A DNA stretch of 64,000 nucleotides from Hyphomonadaceae bacterium (GCA_022844345.1 JALHLU010000015.1:9680-73679); one strand, 5' to 3'; positions 29,410-37,978 are shown, counted from the stretch's first letter. Numbers and translations are program-made. Notes: generated by a model not told the origin, from the letters alone.

Positions 29410-30732
29410 TTGACTGACAGCGTCCTCCCTATTTCGTGCCAATCCACCGGCTGCCCGCCGGGCGACTCCGTCGCTCGCGCGCGAGAACTTGCAAACGAGT
29501 TGAATCGCAGCTGCTTCTGCATCACGCTCGACCGCCACGCTTTGGCAACGGCGATGCAGGCGGTTGCTGCTGTTCCTGATTTTTACGCGACCCATATTGT
29601 GAGCCGGCCTCATCTGTTCGCGAATGTGCCGGTGTTCCTGCCGGAGTCTGATCGTGACGCGATGCTGGCAATCGTGCTCGCGATCGAGAAAACCGCCCGG
29701 CTCCCCGCCTACATCGATGCCGTATTGAAGTGGGCGCCTGATATTGCGCTGCGCGATTTTGGTCCGGCCGGCGCATTCATGGGATACGATTTTCATCTTG
29801 GTTCAGAGGCGCCTCGCCTCATCGAAATCAACACGAACGCCGGCGGCGCTTTTTTGAATGCCTTCAGTGCGCGTGCGCAGCTGGCCTGTTGCGACATAGT
29901 CGAACCGCTCAAGAAGGGTACGACCGTGGGAGGGTTTGACGAGGCCGTGGTCACGATGTTTGAGAGCGAGTGGCGGCGGCAGCGTGGCGCGGGGCGGCCC
30001 CAGACCGTCGCGATCATCGATGATGCGCCAACGGAGCAGTATCTCTATCCCGAGTTCCTGCTGGCCCGGCAGCTGCTTGAAGCTCAGGGCGTCTCGACCA
30101 TAATAGCCGATCCAGCAGAACTTTCCTACGTGGGTGGAAAGCTTCGTGCAGGTGAAACCGCCGTCGATCTTGTCTACAACCGCCTGGTTGATTTCTCACT
30201 CACCGAGGAGCGCCACAAGACACTGCGCGATGCCTATCTTGATGGCGCTGTCGTGGTGACGCCCAACCCCCGCACGCACGCACTGTTCGCCGACAAGCGA
30301 AATTTGGTGCTACTATCGGATGTGGACCAATTGCGCGGCTGGGCCGTTGCGCCTGATGCCATCCAGACGCTGGCATCTATTCCCAAGGCAATTCACGTCA
30401 CACACGACAACGCTGAGCAACTATGGTCCCAGCGCAAAGGGTTGTTCTTCAAACCGGTTGCAGGCCACGGGGGCAAAGCGGTCTATCGCGGCGACAAGCT
30501 GACGAAATCGGTCTGGTCCGGGATACTCGTCTCCGAGTACATCGCACAGGACATCGCCCCACCCAGCGAACGCCTCGTGAAGATCGGCGATGCGCCGCTG
30601 CCAAGAAAGATCGACGTGCGCCTCTATACCTATGAGGGAAAGCTGCTGTTGGCGGCGGCTCGGCTTTACCAAGGCCAGACGACAAACTTCCGCACTGAAG
30701 GCGGCGGTTTCGCCCCTGTGCATTTTCTTTGA
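29410..30732 (+). CDS. ATP-grasp-like amide ligase candidate (glutathionylspermidine-synthase-like motif order) with Cys-rich N-terminus, paralogue 1
   Basis: The TTG start at 29410 has AGGAGG 9 nt upstream and aligns with the paralogue's MTDASLP. Motifs: NRSCFCITLDR, MGYDFHL...PRLIEINTNAGGAFL, FFKPVAGHGGKAVYRG, DVRLYTYEGKLLLAAARLYQGQTTNFRTEGGGFAPV. Confidence 0.6.
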   Translation: MTDSVLPISCQSTGCPPGDSVARARELANELNRSCFCITLDRHALATAMQAVAAVPDFYATHIVSRPHLFANVPVFLPESDRDAMLAIVLAIEKTARLPAYIDAVLKWAPDIALRDFGPAGAFMGYDFHLGSEAPRLIEINTNAGGAFLNAFSARAQLACCDIVEPLKKGTTVGGFDEAVVTMFESEWRRQRGAGRPQTVAIIDDAPTEQYLYPEFLLARQLLEAQGVSTIIADPAELSYVGGKLRAGETAVDLVYNRLVDFSLTEERHKTLRDAYLDGAVVVTPNPRTHALFADKRNLVLLSDVDQLRGWAVAPDAIQTLASIPKAIHVTHDNAEQLWSQRKGLFFKPVAGHGGKAVYRGDKLTKSVWSGILVSEYIAQDIAPPSERLVKIGDAPLPRKIDVRLYTYEGKLLLAAARLYQGQTTNFRTEGGGFAPVHFL

Positions 30733-30846
30733 GCTGACGATCTCGGTGAACGTCTTGGCCGTGACTACAGGCGGACGACGACTCCGGGCGCCCCGCGGAC
30801 AGCGGACAAACGATTTATGATTGCGACGGCATCGGGTGCGAAGCTG

Positions 30847-31113
30847 TCAGCGCCGGAAGACGCCGACGAGTTCTTCGATGACCTTTTCCTGCTCTGAAGC
30901 GTTCTTCGAGTTCATAGCGCGGTGCACGCAATGGCCAAGGTGTTGCCGCAACAGGTCGCTTTCGATGCGCGCGAGCGCAGCACGGGCCGCTTCGATCTGT
31001 GTCACCACATCAATGCAATAGCGGTCCTCCTCGACCATTTTCGCGATGCCGCGAACCTGCCCTTCTACCCGGTTCAGATTCTTCAGAACCTTCTCGGAAA
31101 CCGATTTTTCCAT
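30847..31113 (-). CDS. csoR: CsoR-family Cu(I)-sensing repressor
   Basis: 88 aa counted from the ATG at 31113, DUF156 fold. x-C-H-C ligand pattern (RYCIDV ... HLGHC). Divergent from the Cu ATPase gene. Confidence 0.88.
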   Translation of the reverse strand: MEKSVSEKVLKNLNRVEGQVRGIAKMVEEDRYCIDVVTQIEAARAALARIESDLLRQHLGHCVHRAMNSKNASEQEKVIEELVGVFRR

Positions 31114-31114
31114 A

Positions 31115-31154
31115 TACCCCTCCCGGGTACTTGATTGATACCCCCATAGGGTAT
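31115..31154. promoter_or_regulatory. two CsoR-type operator dyads in the csoR/copA intergenic region
   Basis: TACCC-CTCCC-GGGTA (31115-31129) and ATACCC-CCATA-GGGTAT (31138-31154). GC-tract-centred dyads are typical of CsoR operators. Confidence 0.7.
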
Positions 31155-31170
31155 ATGTCCGGGAGACGAA

Positions 31171-33672
31171 ATGCAAGCCCCGGAGGGCGCCATGGCGCAT
31201 ACCCACCCTGAAGGATCTGAACTGAAAGATCCCGTCTGCGGCATGACGGTGAAACCAGATACGCCCCATCGCGAAACGCACGACGGCCACGAGGTGCTGT
31301 TCTGCAGCGCGGGCTGCAAAACGAAATTCCAGGCCGAGCCTGGTCGATATCTGAAACCTGCCGCCAAGACCGAACACAGCTGCTGTTCCGCGGATGGGGC
31401 CAAGGCTGGGCACGCTAGCGGTCAGGATGCCGGGAGCCATCATCACCTCCATTCACACGCTCCATCCCCTGCACCTGCTACAGCCTCCGCTCCTGCCGGC
31501 GCGAAATGGACCTGCCCGATGCATCCGGAGATTGTGCGGGATGGGCCGGGCTCCTGCCCGATCTGCGGAATGGCGCTCGAGCCGATGATGCCGACGGCCG
31601 AAGCAGGGCCGAACCCCGAGCTCGCCGACATGTCCCGTCGCTTCTGGGTGGGTCTGGTCCTGGCGTTGCCGGTGCTAGTTCTGGAGATGGGCCGTCACTT
31701 ATTCAACGTCGATGCTCTTGTACCTCCGCAAATCAATGCGTGGATCCAGTTTGGCCTCGCGACACCGGTAGTCCTTTGGGCGGGTTGGCCATTCTTCGAA
31801 CGGGGCTATGCTTCGCTTGTCAACCGAAGCCTCAACATGTTCACGCTGATTGCGCTCGGGACGGGAGTGGCATGGACCTACAGCGTGGTCGCCCTGCTCT
31901 TCCCCTCGGCGTTTCCGCCAGAGTTCCGCGGCCCACATGGCGATGTAGCCGTCTATTTTGAAGCGGCCGCCGTCATCATAGTGCTTGTGCTCCTCGGGCA
32001 GGTTCTGGAGCTGGGCGCACGCGAGCGTACGGGGGGCGCCATCCGCGCCCTGCTCGATCTTGCTCCCAAGACTGCGCGCCGCATCAGTGACGGCGAAGAA
32101 GCGGAAGTACCGCTTGATGCAATCATGGTCGGCGATCGGTTGCGCGTCCGCCCTGGTGAGAAGACGCCGGTTGACGGCGTTGTCATCGACGGTCGCTCCA
32201 CGGTCGATGAGTCGATGGTTACCGGCGAATCCATGCCTGTCACGCGGAGCGTCGGCGACGCGGTCATTGCGGGCACGCTCAACCAGACCGGCGCGCTCGT
32301 GATCGAAGCCAAACGCGTCGGCCGCGACACCATGCTGTCGCAGATCGTCCAGCTGGTTGCCGACGCGCAGCGCAGCCGTGCGCCGATTCAGCGCCTGGCA
32401 GACAAGGTATCAGGCTGGTTCGTACCTGCAGTGATCGCTATTGCCGTCCTGGCGTTTATCGGCTGGTGGGCGTTCGGTCCGCAGCCCTCCTTCACCTATG
32501 GACTGATCGCTGCCGTTTCCGTTCTGATCATCGCGTGTCCGTGCGCGCTTGGCCTCGCCACCCCCATGTCCATCATGGCGGGTGTTGGTCGCGCAGCACG
32601 TCAGGGTGTCCTTATCCGCAACGCTGAGGCGCTGGAGCGCTTCGAGAAGGTCAATACTCTGGTTCTCGACAAGACCGGAACACTGACTGAGGGCAAGCCA
32701 GGTGTTGTCGCGATCACTACGGTTGCAGAGACAAGCGAAGCTGACCTGTTGCGCGCAGCCGCAAGTCTTGAGCAGCGCAGCGAGCACCCCCTTGCGCTTG
32801 CCGTCGTCGCAGCCGCTAAAGAACGTGGCGTCTCGCTGGTCGAGCCGACGGAATTCGATTCGCCGACTGGAAAGGGCGTCATCGGCAAGGTCGAGAGCAA
32901 GACCGTCGCGCTTGGCGCCGAACGCTATCTGGATGAACTCGGTATCGCGACATCTTCCCTTCACTCCGAAGCAGAACGTCTGCGCGCGGATGGCGTCACG
33001 GCCATTTTTGTTGCGATCGACGGCAGACTAGCTGGCGTTGTGGGCATCGCTGACCGAATCAAGGCGACCACGCCTGAGTCGCTCAAGGCGCTGCGCGCCC
33101 AAGGCATCGAACTGGTGATGCTGACCGGCGACAATCGCACGACAGCCGAAGCCGTCGGCCGGACCCTCGGCATCACGAATGTCGAGGCAGAAGTCCTGCC
33201 TGAAGACAAATCGCGCATAGTCGAAAGGCTCAAGCGAGAAGGCCGCATCGTTGCGATGGCGGGAGACGGCGTCAATGACGCGCCGGCTCTGGCGGCGGCT
33301 GACGTTGGGATCGCCATGGGGACAGGCACGGATGTCGCCATCGAAAGTGCTGGCGTCACATTGCTCCGGGGCGATCTCAGCGGGGTTGTGAAAGGCCGGG
33401 CTGTGTCGCGCGCGACAATGGCGAACATCCGGCAGAATCTGGTTTTTGCGTTCGGCTACAATGCCCTCGGGATCCCTGTTGCCGCTGGCCTTCTTTATCC
33501 AATCACGGGTCAGCTGCTGTCCCCCATGATCGCGGCGCTCGCCATGGCGTTGTCCTCGGTATCGGTAATCGTGAACTCGCTGAGGCTGGGGGCCACGCCG
33601 AACGACGGAGCACACGGGTCGGGCCAGCCACCGCTTCCGGCGCCAACCCGGTCAGGCGCTAGTTGCCACTAG
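31171..33672 (+). CDS. copA: Cu(I)-exporting P1B-1 ATPase
   Basis: 833 aa with CPC ([13 protein letters not shown]), YN (FGYNALGIP), MALSS, DKTGTLT and GDGVNDAP. The N-terminus carries a TRASH/YHS-like motif (DPVCGMTV...FCSAGC) and a CPMHPE...CPICGM ribbon instead of an HMA fold. Confidence 0.93.
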   Translation: MQAPEGAMAHTHPEGSELKDPVCGMTVKPDTPHRETHDGHEVLFCSAGCKTKFQAEPGRYLKPAAKTEHSCCSADGAKAGHASGQDAGSHHHLHSHAPSPAPATASAPAGAKWTCPMHPEIVRDGPGSCPICGMALEPMMPTAEAGPNPELADMSRRFWVGLVLALPVLVLEMGRHLFNVDALVPPQINAWIQFGLATPVVLWAGWPFFERGYASLVNRSLNMFTLIALGTGVAWTYSVVALLFPSAFPPEFRGPHGDVAVYFEAAAVIIVLVLLGQVLELGARERTGGAIRALLDLAPKTARRISDGEEAEVPLDAIMVGDRLRVRPGEKTPVDGVVIDGRSTVDESMVTGESMPVTRSVGDAVIAGTLNQTGALVIEAKRVGRDTMLSQIVQLVADAQRSRAPIQRLADKVSGWFVPAVIAIAVLAFIGWWAFGPQPSFTYGLIAAVSVLIIACPCALGLATPMSIMAGVGRAARQGVLIRNAEALERFEKVNTLVLDKTGTLTEGKPGVVAITTVAETSEADLLRAAASLEQRSEHPLALAVVAAAKERGVSLVEPTEFDSPTGKGVIGKVESKTVALGAERYLDELGIATSSLHSEAERLRADGVTAIFVAIDGRLAGVVGIADRIKATTPESLKALRAQGIELVMLTGDNRTTAEAVGRTLGITNVEAEVLPEDKSRIVERLKREGRIVAMAGDGVNDAPALAAADVGIAMGTGTDVAIESAGVTLLRGDLSGVVKGRAVSRATMANIRQNLVFAFGYNALGIPVAAGLLYPITGQLLSPMIAALAMALSSVSVIVNSLRLGATPNDGAHGSGQPPLPAPTRSGASCH

Positions 33673-33695
33673 CGGTCCGGGGCGGAGCCCCTGGT

Positions 33696-33722
33696 GAGGG
33701 TTCTGCCCACAAGCTGCGTACT
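33696..33722 (+). promoter_or_regulatory. candidate ECF-type promoter upstream of copC
   Basis: GAGGGTTCTGCCCACAAGCTGCGTACT. It shares GAGGG-N13-CTGCGTACT with the site upstream of the oxidase copA. It resembles the CnrH-type -35 (..AGGGG..) and -10 (CCGTATA) as I recall them. Confidence 0.4.
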
Positions 33723-33777
33723 ATGTACGACCCCCTCCCCGCCGCACAAAATCTGCGGCTAGATCAACGAGCATCCG

Positions 33778-34134
33778 ATGAAAAACAAGCTTCTGACTCT
33801 CATGCTGGCGGCAACGCTCCTGGGCGCATCGCCCGCCTTCGCCCACGGCGGCATGATGGAAACCAGCATTCACGACAAGGCCAGCCTTGCGCAGGCCCCG
33901 GCCGAGTTCAAAGTGACATTCCAGCACGAGAGCGCCATCACCAGCCTGATGTTGATGACAGCGGACAAGAAGATGATCGCGGTTGATTTCAAGCCGTCGA
34001 AGGCCATGGGAAAGGAATTCACGATCCCACTGCCGACGCTCGCAAAAGGCTCCTACACGCTGTCCTGGAAGTCGATGGCGAAGGATGGCCATGCCATGCC
34101 GGGCGCCGTGCGCTTCACGGTGACAGGCCAGTAG
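33778..34134 (+). CDS. copC: periplasmic copper-binding protein CopC
   Basis: 118 aa. Signal peptide ending AFAHG (mature N-terminal His). CopC-fold pattern ...YTLSWKSMAKDGHAMPGAVRFTV. Confidence 0.88.
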   Translation: MKNKLLTLMLAATLLGASPAFAHGGMMETSIHDKASLAQAPAEFKVTFQHESAITSLMLMTADKKMIAVDFKPSKAMGKEFTIPLPTLAKGSYTLSWKSMAKDGHAMPGAVRFTVTGQ

Positions 34135-34138
34135 CACC

Positions 34139-34990
34139 GTGACCGGAGACGGACTGTCGCTGCTGCAGTTCGCCGACCGGATCGGTCTCAATCTCTTTGC
34201 GCTTCTGACGGTCGGTTTCGCGCTCCATGCTGCTTTGGGCATCGTGGAGCGCGATGCATTTCGAGGCGTGCGGTCACGCATCGCGCTTGCCGGTCTTGCC
34301 CTCGCTTTCTTCACCATGGTGCGGTTCGGCATTCTGATCGCGCAGATGGGGGATGGGACGAATGCCTTCGATCCCGAACTGATGCCACTGGCGTGGATGG
34401 TCCTCGGCGATTCGACGCTTGCGATCCTTGCAGGAGTCGCCATCTCCGTCGGAGGCGCCTGGTTCGGTTCACCACTCACTGCCGCCCTTGGAGCAGCCGC
34501 GCTCAGTTTTGGATTCGGCCTCGCGGGACACGCGCAGGGTCTGGCCGATCCTGGCCTCGCGCCGCTTGCGGTCGCCGTGCACGTCTTCATCGCCGGTTTC
34601 TGGGTGGCCGCTCCGGTCAGTCTCTATCCGGCCCCGACGCAGGAAGACCCTGAACTTCTTTCCCGTCTCCGACGGTTCAGTTCAATCGCCGTCGTCGCTA
34701 TTCCTGTTCTGATTGCACTCGGCGCATGGCTCGCCTGGACGTTGGCCGGGGGGATGGAGAAGCTATTCGGCACGACTTATGGTCTTCTTCTGCTCGCCAA
34801 GCTCGCGATCGGCATTGTCGCGATGGGCCTCGGCGCTCTCAACAAGCAGATCATAACGGTGAAGATCGCAACTGATCCGGCCATCGGCCGCAAGTGGCTG
34901 CGCGTAACGCTGCTGTGCGAGGCGACCCTGTTTGCAGCGGCCATCATTGCCGTCTCCGCCGCCACCACGATTGGTGGTCCTGCCGAGTAA
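34139..34990 (+). CDS. copD: copper resistance membrane protein CopD
   Basis: 283 aa with a GTG start. Eight hydrophobic segments. Sits immediately downstream of copC. Confidence 0.85.
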   Translation: MTGDGLSLLQFADRIGLNLFALLTVGFALHAALGIVERDAFRGVRSRIALAGLALAFFTMVRFGILIAQMGDGTNAFDPELMPLAWMVLGDSTLAILAGVAISVGGAWFGSPLTAALGAAALSFGFGLAGHAQGLADPGLAPLAVAVHVFIAGFWVAAPVSLYPAPTQEDPELLSRLRRFSSIAVVAIPVLIALGAWLAWTLAGGMEKLFGTTYGLLLLAKLAIGIVAMGLGALNKQIITVKIATDPAIGRKWLRVTLLCEATLFAAAIIAVSAATTIGGPAE

Positions 34991-35080
34991 CGGAGGCTCA
35001 GCATCCGTGCAGGATGCTTCGCTGGGCCGGCAATCCCGCCCACAGCGGCCAAGAATCGGATGCCTGTCCAATCCTTGCGT

Positions 35081-35103
35081 GAATTCCACCTCCCCTGCGT
35101 ATA
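35081..35103 (+). promoter_or_regulatory. candidate autoregulated ECF promoter upstream of the cnrY-like gene
   Basis: CCCTGCGTATAG, with CGTATA at 35098-35103, about 33 nt before the ATG. The -10 matches the CnrH-type CCGTATA at 6 of 7 positions. The -35 (GCGTG at the aligned position) is poor. Confidence 0.35.
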
Positions 35104-35135
35104 GACTGGAGAGACGTACTTATTGGGAGACCGGC

Positions 35136-35411
35136 ATGTCGCCAGAACTGGACCATTTGCTGGCGAAATTGAACCAGCAGCCGCTGGACCGTGATCTTGG
35201 CGGCATAACCGTCGAGATCGGCGAGCAGCTCTCGGAGCGTGCCAAGATTGACGGCCAGACCTGGCGGCTGCGTACCGCCGCTATGGCGCTCCTCGTAATG
35301 GGCGGCGCTGCCGTAAGCGCCTCGACCGCATCAGCCGTAGCGCCCTCCCCATCGCCATTTGCCGCCTGGTCCAGCCTTGCGCCGTCAACCCTGCTGGAGC
35401 CTTCCGAGTGA
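35136..35411 (+). CDS. small single-pass membrane protein, CnrY-like anti-sigma candidate
   Basis: 91 aa with a GGGAGA RBS. One TM helix (AAMALLVMGGAAV). GTGA overlap with the cnrX-like gene. The assignment rests on size, topology and position only. Confidence 0.55.
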   Translation: MSPELDHLLAKLNQQPLDRDLGGITVEIGEQLSERAKIDGQTWRLRTAAMALLVMGGAAVSASTASAVAPSPSPFAAWSSLAPSTLLEPSE

Positions 35412-35848
35412 AGGTTTCGGTGCGCAGCGCCATCATCACGGTTGTCCTCGCCTTCGCAGCCGGGATCGCCGGCATGTGGCTTGGCCACCAGCTGCTCGCC
35501 GCCCCACCGCAAGATCGGTCCCTGCACGCGATGGTGCATGACGAACTTTCGCTGACAGCCGAACAGGAGAAGGCGCTTCACACTCTCGAGGCGGACTTCG
35601 CAGCACGGCGGCAAGCCCTGGAGGGCGAGATGCGAGAGGCCAATGCGGAGCTGGCCGCAGCAATCCGAGCAAGCGAGACCGCAGGACCGGCCGTGGAGGC
35701 GGCTGTGCATCACTTCCACGACGCCATGGGCGCGCTTCAGACGGAGACGATCGCGCACATCTTCGCGATGCGCAACGTGCTCACCCCAGAACAGCGCAGG
35801 CAGTTCGACGACAGGATCGGCGAGGCGTTGACCGCCGACGCCAAATGA
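35408..35848 (+). CDS. cnrX: CnrX/NccX-type periplasmic metal sensor
   Basis: 146 aa with a GTG start and an N-terminal TM anchor. H40, H44, E61, H117 and M121 reproduce the spacing of the CnrX ligands H42/H46/E63/H119/M123. Blocks LHAMVHDE and HIFAMR. Confidence 0.85.
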   Translation: MKVSVRSAIITVVLAFAAGIAGMWLGHQLLAAPPQDRSLHAMVHDELSLTAEQEKALHTLEADFAARRQALEGEMREANAELAAAIRASETAGPAVEAAVHHFHDAMGALQTETIAHIFAMRNVLTPEQRRQFDDRIGEALTADAK

Positions 35849-36426
35849 GCGGAACCAATCCGGACGATAGCGACGCCGTGCTTGCCGCGCGCGCGCTGAA
35901 GGGAGATCGCTCAGCTTTCAACCTTATTGTCCGGCGCCATCAGGAGCCGCTCTACCGCTTCATCCGTCGCTACGTTGGCGATGCCGATGAAGCGTACGAT
36001 CTCCTTCAGGAAACCTTCGTTTCAGCCTGGCAGGCGCTCGGGCGTTATGATCCCGCTCGTCCCGCGGCGACCTGGCTTCGTCGGATCGCGCTCAACAAAT
36101 GCCGGGACTGGGGTCGCCGTCGCGTTGTCCGGAAGTTCTTCTACGCGGCCAAGATGCTTGATGAAACCACTGCCACGCCGGACGTTAGCGCCTCGCCAAA
36201 CTCCGAGGACAATACTGAGGTCGCGCTGACCCGCCTCGACCGGGCGATCGCCGCTCTGCCTGTTCAGCTGAAGGAGCCCCTTCTCCTTACCGCCTTCGAA
36301 GGCTTGTCCCAGGCGGCAGCTGGCGAAGCGCTCGGAATTTCTGCCAAGGCCGTCGAAACCCGCGTCTACCGCGCCCGCAAGCTGCTTGCGGAAGCGCTCA
36401 CGGCCGACGGCGTTGATGTCGACTAA
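35845..36426 (+). CDS. cnrH: ECF sigma factor (CnrH-like)
   Basis: 193 aa with sigma-70 regions 2 and 4 (DEAYDLLQETFVSAW; LSQAAAGEALGISAKAVETRVYRARKLL). ATGA overlap with the cnrX-like gene. Confidence 0.85.
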   Translation: MSGTNPDDSDAVLAARALKGDRSAFNLIVRRHQEPLYRFIRRYVGDADEAYDLLQETFVSAWQALGRYDPARPAATWLRRIALNKCRDWGRRRVVRKFFYAAKMLDETTATPDVSASPNSEDNTEVALTRLDRAIAALPVQLKEPLLLTAFEGLSQAAAGEALGISAKAVETRVYRARKLLAEALTADGVDVD

Positions 36427-36439
36427 CCTTTGGCGTCAG

Positions 36440-36940
36440 CTATGTGGCTGCGCGCGACGACCAATGAATATGCGCGATGCGCCAGCCTTCGGCGGTGTTG
36501 CGCAGGATCATCGTTTCGGTCGTTACGCGATCCACGGGCTTGTCCTTGTAATTTCCGGTCGCGCGGCTTTCGCTGACAATCCATGCGGTATCGCCATCGA
36601 CAAGGCCATTGCGCCGCGTGAGTCTTGACGGAACAGCCGCAGCGTAGGCGGCGTCGGCCCCCGCATGATGCGAAGCATATTCGGCTCTCGAGCGTTCCGC
36701 ATGGCCGCTCTCGAAGATCAGCGCATCGTCAGCAAGTAGCGCTGCAGCGGCTGCGCCATCACCTCCGGAAAGTTTGGCATGAAAGGCGTCAACCGCCTTC
36801 GCTGCCTCCTGTGCTTCTGACGACATGAGCGCGACCGGTGGCGCAAGACCGTTCTGCGCTGCGGCGACAGAGGGCGCCATCGCCAGAAGCGATGCCGCCA
36901 GAATCCAGCGATTGCGATTACGGGTCATGCCATGCTCCAA
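36440..36940 (-). CDS. secreted SnoaL-like/DUF4440 (NTF2-fold) protein
   Basis: 166 aa with a signal peptide (WILAASLLAMAPSVAAAQ). The end reads ...ETMILRNTAEGWRIAHIHWSS, typical of DUF4440. Last gene of the copA-copB string. Confidence 0.65.
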   Translation of the reverse strand: MEHGMTRNRNRWILAASLLAMAPSVAAAQNGLAPPVALMSSEAQEAAKAVDAFHAKLSGGDGAAAAALLADDALIFESGHAERSRAEYASHHAGADAAYAAAVPSRLTRRNGLVDGDTAWIVSESRATGNYKDKPVDRVTTETMILRNTAEGWRIAHIHWSSRAAT

Positions 36941-36958
36941 TCCTGTCCAGGCCGCACG

Positions 36959-37978
36959 TCAGTACCACGCCCGCAGGCCGATGACGAAGCTCGTCGTCTC
37001 CGCGCTCTCTCCGTCGGCCCGCGCATAGTCGGCCGTATCCCCGAATTTGCGTTCCCACGAGACGCCGATGTAGGGGGCGAACTCGCGCTGAAACTCGTAA
37101 CGGAGACGCAGGCCCACTTCCGCGTCGGAAAGCCCGGAGCCAAGGCCAATGGCAGCATCGTCTTTGGCGGCGAAGTTCACTTCGGCGCGTGGCTGGAGGA
37201 CGAGGCGCTGCGTGAGCTGGAAATCGTAGTTGCCATCGAGACGCCCAAGCACCTGCCCGCGTTCGCCGACGAACAGCGCTCCCTCCACTTCGAACCAGTA
37301 AGGCAGGACTGTTTCAAAGCCCAGCGCGAGGTAAGTACGCGAAGGATTGGGTTCGATGTCCTGTCGGATGCCAATCTGAAGGTCAGTGACGTGATCCCAG
37401 GCGCGCGAGTAGAGCGCCTGGATTTCTGCGCTCTCGATATCTTCGCCACCTTCGCCTTCGGTCTTGATGACAAAGCGATCGATGTCGCCGCCGAACCATG
37501 CCTCGCCATTCCATGCATAGCCATCCTCGCCGTCCTGGCTGCGATACTCGATCATATCGCCCATGATCTTGTAGGTCAGCGCACCGCCATGCTCGTCGCG
37601 CAGGATGCCGCGCGCCCGGTTCATGTCGTCCACTCCAAAGAAGCGGTCGGCCGCAAATTCAGCTGGCGCGTCAGGCGGTACATCATTGCCAGCCTCCGGC
37701 GGATCAACGAACTCCTCGGCCATCTTGTGGCCAGCATGCGGGTCCAGCGCAGCAGCAGCGGGTTTACCGCCGTGATCATGCTGTGCGTGCGGTTCAGCAG
37801 GCGCTGCCCGTTGCGGTTGCGGCACTGGGGTCTTTGGCGTGGGCGTTTGGGGCGCGGGCTTTGGGGCCGCGGGCGCCTGAGGAGCCGGCGTCTGTATCGT
37901 CCCATGGCCTTCGTGCTGCGCGAGCGCCGGAGCTGCTATGCCAAGGGATAGAGCGGCAAGAAGAAGATACCGGTTCAT
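36959..37978 (-). CDS. copB: outer-membrane copper resistance protein CopB/PcoB
   Basis: 339 aa with a signal peptide. His/Pro-rich N-terminus. The C-terminal barrel ends in ...SFVIGLRAWY. ATGA overlap with copA. Confidence 0.9.
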   Translation of the reverse strand: MNRYLLLAALSLGIAAPALAQHEGHGTIQTPAPQAPAAPKPAPQTPTPKTPVPQPQRAAPAEPHAQHDHGGKPAAAALDPHAGHKMAEEFVDPPEAGNDVPPDAPAEFAADRFFGVDDMNRARGILRDEHGGALTYKIMGDMIEYRSQDGEDGYAWNGEAWFGGDIDRFVIKTEGEGGEDIESAEIQALYSRAWDHVTDLQIGIRQDIEPNPSRTYLALGFETVLPYWFEVEGALFVGERGQVLGRLDGNYDFQLTQRLVLQPRAEVNFAAKDDAAIGLGSGLSDAEVGLRLRYEFQREFAPYIGVSWERKFGDTADYARADGESAETTSFVIGLRAWY

